Source: Geminocystis sp. M7585_C2015_104
GTDB taxonomy: Bacteria; Cyanobacteriota; Cyanobacteriia; Cyanobacteriales; Cyanobacteriaceae
Length of the DNA: 32,000 nt
Reading direction: 5' to 3'
Assembly (NCBI GenBank): GCA_015295805.1
Contig: DVEF01000053.1
Span: forward strand, 15,007-47,006
Under the pieces are notes generated by a model. It had not been told where the DNA came from. It worked only from the letters and a program-made list of their open reading frames with translations, and made no database searches. Positions 18,614 through 25,758 of this stretch are shown here, piece by piece; the stretch's first letter is position 1, and every line of letters starts with the position of its first letter. The translations under genes were made by a program, and so were the position numbers.

Positions 18614-19191
18614 GTGGGTGGGGTAGCCAACCACGCAACAAGGATAATCATGTTATTGGGTTCAAGAATTATTTGAGAAAAAGTGGCAATAGAAGGGGTA
18701 ATGCCGGAATGTATAGAAAAACCATGAGAAAAAATATCAATAATCCGTGAGACTATTGCAAAAAGAGGGATGAAGTTGAAAAAGGGAAAAAGGCGGCGAT
18801 GACCCACAGACGAATATAATCATTCTTCAGCAGGGGATTGGGAAGAGTGGCCAATGTGGATAGGAATAACAATCATTTTTGTTGTCAGGCATTCATATTC
18901 ATGATGAGTATTAAAGCAAACCGTAGACTAGTTTTGGGTGTTGGGAGAAAAAGAGGGGAAGACTTGGGGTTTTCGGAAGAGGGGAGAAAAACCAACTTCT
19001 ATCTGCATTTGAAAAGTTAAAGGGGGGAGAGTGAGAATAATAACCCCTTCCTAGAAAGGAGAGTAAATCAGCAGGGGATGGGGAGGCAGACACAAGCAGC
19101 GGGGTGGAGTGGCTAGTGGGGATAAGACTACTAATCCCCTGCCTACCAAGCCAAGATTTATCCCGAGGAGATGGTAAAACAAATATAGACG

Positions 19192-19204
19192 AATGATAAT
19201 CATT
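19192..19204. promoter_or_regulatory. Perfect 6-1-6 palindrome AATGAT-A-ATCATT (Fur-box core)
   Basis: The sequence is identical to the central 13 nt of the classical Fur consensus GATAATGATAATCATTATC. Its context is tagacgAATGATAATCATTgtc. Confidence 0.4.
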
Positions 19205-19697
19205 GTCCCAATTTCAAGGCAGAGGGGATATCAGTCATAATGCCTTGTAGGAAAAAGGGGTGGTTGAATACAGACGAATGATAAAGGTGGGGATTGAGAA
19301 TCCCAAACAACCCTAGTCTAGAGACAACAGGGAATTTCCGGAAAGGTGGTAACAGTGGGATGGCAATAACAATTCTCCTTTTACTGTCAATATCCTTCTA
19401 GGATAGTCGGAAGGATACCAGTAGTAAGAGATAACCAGTCTACTTTCATAGTGGGGAGAATAGGCGGAATAATGATTTCTTACTGTAGGTTATCCGGCGA
19501 AGGGCAACTGAATACAGACAATTATTCTGGGTTTGAAAAGTTATATTAGGGTAGGTGAGAATATTAACTCTCCCCTAGGGGCTTTAAACTGAAATAGAGG
19601 AAATAACGACAAAAAAATTGTGATAGTCTGCATGGATACTACCATAAGGCAGTTTATACTTCCAAAACATCCCCTGGGGGGGTAACTAACCGGTTAT

Positions 19698-19718
19698 GGA
19701 TAATAATATTTATTATCC
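19698..19718. promoter_or_regulatory. Perfect 9-3-9 inverted repeat GGATAATAA-TAT-TTATTATCC
   Basis: Both arms are exact reverse complements. The inner 19 nt, GATAATAATATTTATTATC, match the 19-nt Fur consensus at 16 of 19 positions. Confidence 0.4.
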
Positions 19719-19977
19719 CCGTGTTACAAGCCAGTCTCCCCTTCCAAAAGGGGGTAACCAGTCTAGAGAAGGAAATGATATTGGCAACAAAAATCCCCCC
19801 TTGGAAGTTATCTAGGGAGAAAATAAAGTAGCCAAGCCTGCCAATAACAATTATCCCCTGCTATTGGGGCAACCAGTCTGCCGCCGACAAAAAGAAGATG
19901 GCGATGCCAATAATGATTCTTTCCTGGAAACCACTTAATATGCCAAGGGCCAACGAGTGGTAATTATCTTACTCCTT

Positions 19978-20091
19978 AGGGATATACCAGTCATAGTATC
20001 TTGTGGGAAATCCCTGGTAGGGATTAGCTAAATGTAAGGGAGATACCAGTCATAGTGTCTTGTGGGGAATGGTAAGGATTAGCTAAATGTA
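19978..20091 (+). repeat. Tandem duplication (59 nt + 55 nt)
   Basis: Unit 1 (19978-20036) is agggatataccagtcatagtatcttgtgggaaatccctggtagggattagctaaatgta. Unit 2 (20037-20091) is agggagataccagtcatagtgtcttgtggggaatggtaaggattagctaaatgta. They are about 90 percent identical with two small indels. Confidence 0.85.
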
Positions 20092-20237
20092 GACGAATGA
20101 TAATTATTGGCACGGTATGGATTGGCATGGTATGGAGGCAAGGAGGGGTTGCAATTATAAACCCTCACGGGGAAGGGGTTGTATGAGAAGGGTTTTTATG
20201 GTATTGTAGGCGATGGTACCTTAGGAAGGGGGAGAAG

Positions 20238-20942
20238 GTGTTTATTCTCACCAATGACGATGGGATTGAGGCGGAGGGTATTAGGGTTTTAAAGGAGATT
20301 GTTGAGGGGGAAAAGATAATAGTTGCCCCAGCAGGGCATATTTCCGGTTGTAGTCACCAAGTTACTACCCGTTATCCCCTAACCCTGGAAGAGGTAAAAC
20401 CCGGGGAATATGCGGTAAATGGGACTCCGGTAGACTGTGTGCGTCTAGCGGTGTCTTGTTTGGCGCCCTCTTCTACCTGGGTATTATCTGGTATTAACGC
20501 TGGCGGTAATCTGGGAGTAGACATTTATGTTTCGGGAACGGTGGCAGCGGTAAGAGAGGCGGCGATTTTGGGGTTGAAGGGAATCGCCTTTTCTCACCTG
20601 CGGAAACGCCCAAGAGAAATTAATTGGCAGCTGGCAAAAAAACTGGCGACAAGGGTGTTGGCAGAGTTATTGCCAAAAAGACTGCCCAGGGGGTGTTTTT
20701 GGAATGTCAATTTGCCCCATCTTGATGAGGATTGTAGCCCAGAAATTGTGTTTTGCAAACCCAGTATTGATCCCCTCCCCATTGAGTTTAGAAAAGAAGG
20801 AAACAGTTACTGGTATAAGGGGGAGTATTTGCAGAGGAAAAGGACTGAAAAAACCGATGTAGATGTGTGTTTTTCTGGTAAAATTGCTGTAAGTCTGATT
20901 AGCATTAGCAACCATCCCCATCCTGACGAATATCCCCAATAA
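20238..20942 (+). CDS. surE: 5'/3'-nucleotidase SurE
   Basis: MFILTNDDGIEAEGI...NGTPVDCV...SGINAGGNLGVDIYVSGTVAAVREA are SurE hallmarks. It uses a GTG start. Confidence 0.9.
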   Translation: MFILTNDDGIEAEGIRVLKEIVEGEKIIVAPAGHISGCSHQVTTRYPLTLEEVKPGEYAVNGTPVDCVRLAVSCLAPSSTWVLSGINAGGNLGVDIYVSGTVAAVREAAILGLKGIAFSHLRKRPREINWQLAKKLATRVLAELLPKRLPRGCFWNVNLPHLDEDCSPEIVFCKPSIDPLPIEFRKEGNSYWYKGEYLQRKRTEKTDVDVCFSGKIAVSLISISNHPHPDEYPQ

Positions 20943-20960
20943 ACCCCATAAAGAGGTGTG

Positions 20961-22010
20961 ATGACTGTGGAAACCCAGAAAAGAAAGGATGAACATATAC
21001 GCATTTGTTTAGATGAAAAAGTGCAAGCTTCCCAGGTTAAAAATGGTTTAGAAAAGTACGAGTTTATCCACTGCTGTTTGCCGGAGTTAGATTATCAAGA
21101 AATCGATATCTCCACTACTTTTTTGGGGCATAAACTGAAGACGCCACTGTTGATTTCTTCTATGACGGGTGGGACGGACAATGGAGAATTAATCAATAAG
21201 AGACTGGCAATAATTGCGCAAAAGTACGGTTTGGTCATGGGGATTGGTTCGGGACGTGTTATAATCGAAAAACCAGAAGTGGCTCATACTTTCAAAGTGC
21301 GCTCCATAGCCCCTGATATACTATTGTTTGCCAATCTAGGGGCAGTGCAACTGAATTATGGTTATTCTTGGCGGGAATGTTTATCCCTAGTGGAAATCCT
21401 GGAGGCAGATGCTTTAATTCTCCACTTAAATCCTTTGCAGGAGTGTATTCAGCAGGAGGGGGATACTAATTTCAAACACCTGTTGTCGAAGATTGAAAAG
21501 GTGTGTGAGAAACTGCCAATACCTGTTATCGTTAAGGAGGTGGGGAATGGGATTAGTGTGGAGATGGCGGAGAAACTATTGAGTGTGGGGGTGGCAGCAA
21601 TAGATGTAGCCGGTGCCGGTGGCACGTCTTGGGCTATGGTGGAAAGTAAAAGGGCTACTAATCCCCTACAAAAAGCCTTAGGAGAAACCTTTGCTAATTG
21701 GGGTATTCCTACCGCTGATTGTGTGGTAGCCATCGCCAGGAGGTATCCGGATATCCCTTTGATTGCCTCTGGTGGCATTCGCAATGGCTTGGAGGCGGCA
21801 AAACTGTTGGCATTGGGCGCGGATTTAGTGGGATTTGCCTATCCTTTTCTCAAAGCAGCAATGACTTCTATGGAAGCCTTGGAGGGTTTAGTAGAATTGT
21901 TGTTAGCAGAAATCAAGACGGTATTATTTTGTACTGGCAATAGGGACATTTCCAGTTTACAAAACTCTTCTTCCCTTCGCCTAGTTTCTCCCTCTCCTCC
22001 CCATGGGTAA
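20961..22010 (+). CDS. fni: Type 2 isopentenyl-diphosphate delta-isomerase
   Basis: [11 protein letters not shown]...[11 protein letters not shown]...[11 protein letters not shown]...[13 protein letters not shown] is the FMN-dependent IDI-2 pattern. I prefer the ATG at 20961, with an AAGAGG SD, over the GTG at 20958. Confidence 0.9.
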   Translation: MTVETQKRKDEHIRICLDEKVQASQVKNGLEKYEFIHCCLPELDYQEIDISTTFLGHKLKTPLLISSMTGGTDNGELINKRLAIIAQKYGLVMGIGSGRVIIEKPEVAHTFKVRSIAPDILLFANLGAVQLNYGYSWRECLSLVEILEADALILHLNPLQECIQQEGDTNFKHLLSKIEKVCEKLPIPVIVKEVGNGISVEMAEKLLSVGVAAIDVAGAGGTSWAMVESKRATNPLQKALGETFANWGIPTADCVVAIARRYPDIPLIASGGIRNGLEAAKLLALGADLVGFAYPFLKAAMTSMEALEGLVELLLAEIKTVLFCTGNRDISSLQNSSSLRLVSPSPPHG

Positions 22011-22550
22011 TACATTGTTGTCATTTATCCGCCAGAATCCCACCATGTCTTTCTACTACCATCCCAGTCACTGTTATTCTGCTTTCTCTTTTCAACTAGA
22101 TGTGTTTGCCATCCTAGCCAATATCATTATGCCCCTTGGCGACTACTGCTGGTGGGGTATATGTCTTGCCGTTATCCTTTGATTTTTCTGGGGTGGACTT
22201 GTTTTTCTAGTCTTCTTCTGAAATGAAAGACACTGGAAGTATTGGGCGTCTGCTGGTGGGGAGGGGTTGTCACCACAGCCAATGGCGGGGGGGGATGTTG
22301 TTTTTTTATTCCTAATAGCCACTAGTATTGGATTCTCATTACGGCTTGTTTGTTTTGTCGGCAAATAGGCATCAAGGAGGGTTATCAAGTAACTGTCATG
22401 TCTGACAGGAGTTTATTTTTGCCGTTGCTAGGATTATTAATTGTTTTTGTCATTGCCGATGGGGCAAGAATTGTTAGTGTATGGGTTATTGTTGTCTGGC
22501 ATCTATTTTACTAGTAGTAAGGGAATTATTATAGCCGTCATTCATGCCAG

Positions 22551-22592
22551 CAGTCAGTGGCAACAAGAGTATCCCTTTTTCTCATCAGATGG
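22551..22592 (+). repeat. Direct repeat, copy A
   Basis: cagtcagtggcaacaagagtatccctttttctcatcagatgg matches copy B at about 34 of 42 positions with one gap. Confidence 0.6.
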
Positions 22593-22693
22593 GAGTTGTC
22601 TTTCGTTTCTCTTGCCTGACACCAGCTGTTTTCGTTATTTACTGGTCATTATTGGCTGTCATTGACGATAATAACTGGCAACCAGCAACATAG

Positions 22694-22734
22694 CAATCAG
22701 TGGTAACAAGAGTATTCCTCTTTCTTTCCGATGG
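22694..22734 (+). repeat. Direct repeat, copy B
   Basis: caatcagtggtaacaagagtattcctctttctttccgatgg lies 143 nt downstream of copy A. The two copies fall in different frames of the local small ORFs, so the similarity is at the nucleotide level, not in protein coding. Confidence 0.6.
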
Positions 22735-23088
22735 CTTGGGTGGGATTTGTATTTCTTTTTTTTTTACTTTTATCTTTTATCCGACACACACCCTCTACCA
22801 GTAATTACTAACAGACTATTGTGACAGATTGTTACAGGGGACTATCTCTACTTTTCCCCTTCTGATATCCACCCCCTCTTTAACAGACACTCCTGTTGTT
22901 TCTTTTACTGCCAAGGTTGAGGAGTTATTTTGTTTGTCGTCTGTCTGATTGTCTAACAGTAACTATCTCCCAGTAACACCCTGCTGATGGTTGGCAACTG
23001 AGAGTATGTTATTGTGGGACATAGGGTCAAGCTATGTTAAATTATATTAAGTTATTTTATCAATGGTAAAGAGAGGGTAAAGGAAAAG

Positions 23089-23559
23089 ATGAATATAGCA
23101 ATACCTGAATCTGTAAAAATTTGGTCACAATTTGCTCATCCCATTCTAATGTGGATTTTGTTTGCCACGGCGATTTATGCCCTGTATTTGGGGATAATGG
23201 CGAAGAAGACTCGTCTGGCAGACAAGGAGGAGAGAAAAGAGTTAATCAAGGGCAATTATGCCACAAGACATCATCAGGTGGGCGCGATTTTCATGGCATT
23301 GGTGGTATTAGGCACAGTGGGTGGTATGGCCGTCACCTATATCAACAATGGTAAATTATTTATAGGCCCCCATCTAATTGCTGGCCTGACTATGATGTCT
23401 ATGGTAGCAGTCTCTGCCTCTTTAGTGCCCTTTATGCAGAAGGGTAATGAGCTTGCCAGAGCTACTCATGTAGCCTTGAATATGACGATTCTTTTGATTT
23501 TTGGTTGGCAGGCGATAACTGGTATGCAGATTCTAAACAAGATTATTAGTAGGTTGTAA
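23089..23559 (+). CDS. DUF4079-family membrane protein
   Basis: 156 aa with four hydrophobic spans and conserved His residues (AHPILMW, TRHHQVGA, GPHLIAG, ATHVALN), as I recall for the cyanobacterial/plastid DUF4079 family. Confidence 0.7.
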   Translation: MNIAIPESVKIWSQFAHPILMWILFATAIYALYLGIMAKKTRLADKEERKELIKGNYATRHHQVGAIFMALVVLGTVGGMAVTYINNGKLFIGPHLIAGLTMMSMVAVSASLVPFMQKGNELARATHVALNMTILLIFGWQAITGMQILNKIISRL

Positions 23560-23587
23560 AGATAAGGAAAATTGGGGAATAGGAGGA

Positions 23588-23620
23588 GGGGGAGGGATTT
23601 GGGGGATGGGGGAGATGGGG
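23588..23620 (+). other. G-quadruplex-forming motif (five G3-5 tracts)
   Basis: GGGGGaGGGatttGGGGGatGGGGGagatGGGG has loops of 1-4 nt, and a further GGGG sits at 23574-77. It lies in the spacer between the convergent DUF4079 and rsmD genes. Confidence 0.5.
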
Positions 23621-23688
23621 TTTAAAAAGGGCTTATTTTGGAAAGTTGCAATGCGCTTGTTTACGAGTATCTCAACAATAATCACCCA

Positions 23689-24243
23689 TTATTTCCTGAC
23701 ACCAGTAGAGTAGAAGTTGATGGCGGTATCTCCATAGATTCTGGTATCTAGGAGTAAGAGGGGGGAGTCGGAATTGAGGAGTGATTCCTTGGGGGGGTAT
23801 TCCACTGCCAACTCCCCCGATTCCGGATTTAACAATTCATAATCGCTAATGGCTTTCATAACGGGATTATATAGGTTAAGGTTATAGGGGGGATCAAAGT
23901 AAATTAGGTCGAATTTTTCCCCCCTTAGACTTTTTAATCTTTTTAAAACATCCCCTCTGAGGATGCGAAATCTTTGATTGGGGGCCGCTATCTTCTGCCA
24001 ATTTTCTCTGATAATATCACAGGCCAAAGGAGATTTTTCGATGGCTACTACTTCCCTGGCTCCACGACACAAGGCCTCGGCGCCCATTGTACCATTTCCT
24101 GCACATAAATCCAACCATTTTGCTCCTATAATTTTCTCCCTCCAGATGGAAAATATAGCCTCTCTTACCTTGGCCGTGGTAGGACGAGTTTCTTTTCCCG
24201 CCAGGGTTTTTATTTCTCTATTACCATAGATACGTATTCCCAT
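23689..24243 (-). CDS. rsmD: 16S rRNA (guanine966-N2)-methyltransferase
   Basis: TRPTTAKVREAIFSIW...LDLCAGNGTMGAEALCRGA...DLIYFDPPY is the RsmD family pattern, including the DPPY motif. Confidence 0.85.
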   Translation of the reverse strand: MGIRIYGNREIKTLAGKETRPTTAKVREAIFSIWREKIIGAKWLDLCAGNGTMGAEALCRGAREVVAIEKSPLACDIIRENWQKIAAPNQRFRILRGDVLKRLKSLRGEKFDLIYFDPPYNLNLYNPVMKAISDYELLNPESGELAVEYPPKESLLNSDSPLLLLDTRIYGDTAINFYSTGVRK

Positions 24244-24256
24244 CCTTTCTGTGCTT

Positions 24257-25024
24257 TTACAATCTGATTGTTGCCCAGTCTTTTTCCCTTATATAGTTGG
24301 TCATATCGGTGAATTTTCTCAATTCCCACTGTTTAAGCCGGAAGGGGGGCAGTCTTTTTTCTGCTAACTCGTCATTTATTTTTACTATTTTCTTTTCAAC
24401 TTCTTCTATATTCAAATCTTTACCACTTTTTCCGAAGTACCCGAGGGTAATATGAGCCGCAAATTCGTACTGTTGTTCTATTCCCAGTCTTATTATTTGT
24501 TCATTTTGGTATATCATTTTTCTGAGCTCGATAATATAATTGTAGCTATTCTCCGTGGGAGCTAGACATACAGCAATTGCCCTTGGAAATATTGAGATGC
24601 CTAGCAATTCTAATTCTAGGGAATCGGGCTGATGTAACTTTTGGTATTCTTCAAATATTTTGCCTATTTCTGTGATAAGCAACCTGTCGAAATTCTCTTT
24701 CTCTTTAGTGGCGGATATGTAGTCTTTATCCCAGATTAAATCTGCTAGGGTTAGATGGAAACTCTCAGGGGGTACGGTTAGAAATAAACCCTCTGGCAGA
24801 CTGTCTTTTAATTGTTTTTGTACCTCTTCCAGGTGTTGATAAAACTCATCGTTAAACTCATCATCTTTCCAGGGAGGTGTGATAATGCTATAACCGGGAA
24901 ACTCCACTGCTACGCCGTTATTAAACTTGGGGGATGGTTGAATATTTGCCAACTGTTGCTTATAGTTGGCTGGCATAGTCATTTGCACCACCCGGTTGAT
25001 ATATTCTTGATAATTTCCGTCCAT
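24257..25024 (-). CDS. 2H-phosphoesterase-fold protein (DUF1868 type)
   Basis: 255 aa with two H-x-T-x motifs, FH90LTL and AH191ITL. This pair defines the 2H phosphoesterase superfamily. The gene lies 13 nt upstream of rsmD on the same strand. Confidence 0.7.
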   Translation of the reverse strand: MDGNYQEYINRVVQMTMPANYKQQLANIQPSPKFNNGVAVEFPGYSIITPPWKDDEFNDEFYQHLEEVQKQLKDSLPEGLFLTVPPESFHLTLADLIWDKDYISATKEKENFDRLLITEIGKIFEEYQKLHQPDSLELELLGISIFPRAIAVCLAPTENSYNYIIELRKMIYQNEQIIRLGIEQQYEFAAHITLGYFGKSGKDLNIEEVEKKIVKINDELAEKRLPPFRLKQWELRKFTDMTNYIREKDWATIRL

Positions 25025-25144
25025 TCTTTCTCTTTTTTTTGTCTTTTCGATTTCAAGATATTGTTTATATTATAATTTCAAATATTTTTTCTGTCAATGA
25101 TTAGGTAATATTTTAGGGGGAATTTTGATAACAACGAGGGAGAG

Positions 25145-25651
25145 TCAGCCGTAGGTAAAACTCTCAATTAATTGCCGGTGTTGTGGATAGATTTGGAGTA
25201 ATTCTTGTCTTGAAGCCAACCGAAAATCTCGAAAATCAAAACCGGGGGCCACAGTACAACCGATTAGACTGTAAGAATTAGGGGTGTTTACGGAGAGACT
25301 CAACCAGGTATGATGGGGGACAACTACTTGTGGCTCCTCGTCATTTTCGGGGTTATTTCCCAATTTTTTCTGGCGATAGTTGCCCTGTTTATCCAACAGG
25401 TGTATTGTCATAGGGGCGCCGCAATAGTAGTGTAAAATTTCGTCACTTTCCAGTATATGAAAAGCGGAAAATTGTTCACTTGTGAGGAGGTAATAAATAG
25501 CGGTACATGCGTTTCTTTCTCCCTGGTGTCTGGGGAGAGTGTTTTCCTTATTAACTATGTCTAAACTGCGGTAGGTTTCCCTATAAAATCCCCCTTCAGG
25601 GTGAGGTTGTAATTGTAGTTTCTCAATCCAATAATTGGCATCAATCTTCAT
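25145..25651 (-). CDS. Cupin-fold protein, DUF985 (cupin_5) family
   Basis: WIEKLQLQPHPEGGFYRETYRS...IYYLL...FHILESDEILHYY matches the DUF985 signature. Confidence 0.8.
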   Translation of the reverse strand: MKIDANYWIEKLQLQPHPEGGFYRETYRSLDIVNKENTLPRHQGERNACTAIYYLLTSEQFSAFHILESDEILHYYCGAPMTIHLLDKQGNYRQKKLGNNPENDEEPQVVVPHHTWLSLSVNTPNSYSLIGCTVAPGFDFRDFRLASRQELLQIYPQHRQLIESFTYG

Positions 25652-25758
25652 GGAATTCTATCATTTTATATTGCCTAGTAGTGGACTATCATATATAGGA
25701 GTGTGTTCCCATTGACGGTTACCTAGAATTATAACCGGTCAGGCATATAGGAGGGCAA

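Larger units (their letters stand above)
18556..20237. repeat. ORF-free 1.68-kb spacer made of degenerate short repeat modules with AT-rich Fur-box-like cores
   Basis: The track shows no ORF of 60 aa or more between 19094 and 20237. Hand-counted cores of form AATRAYRATYATT are at 18642-59 (inverted), 18813-24, 18865-77, 19036-44, 19192-204, 19277-85, 19365-74, 19468-77, 19520-26, 19560-68, 19698-718, 19774-82, 19843-55, 19909-18, 19961-68 and 20096-108. Confidence 0.75.

Noticed and set aside
18378-19093. Track ORFs 18378-18641(-), 18514-18807(-), 18838-19020(+) and 18911-19093(-)
   Set aside because: The first two overlap the 3' end of the well-supported AKR gene on the opposite strand. All have odd composition and no SD, and all run through repeat modules. 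I treat them as chance ORFs.
18556-20237. Possible CRISPR array, given many short repeats in an ORF-free region
   Set aside because: The repeats are degenerate, of several different types, irregularly spaced (40-170 nt) and AT-rich. There is no 28-37-nt exact repeat with uniform spacers, and no cas genes are in the window.
18879-22502. Shared words linking the non-coding regions: TTGTTGTCwGGCAT (18879-92 vs 22489-502, 13 of 14), CyAGTAGTAAGrGA (19418-31 vs 22511-24), and the exact 13-mer GGAATAACAATCA at both 18863-75 and 6672-84 (just upstream of the 2Fe-2S ferredoxin gene)
   Set aside because: A back-of-envelope expectation for matches of this length and quality, between regions of this size or against the whole window, is about one or more by chance. 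This is not evidence of common origin or co-regulation. Only a genome-wide motif scan could upgrade it.
22143-22665. Track ORFs 22143-22388(-) and 22441-22665(+)
   Set aside because: Their composition is unlike the real proteins in the window, and they lack an SD. The repeat copies that cross the plus-strand ORF are conserved at the nucleotide level in different frames. The region is reported as non-coding or possibly decayed.
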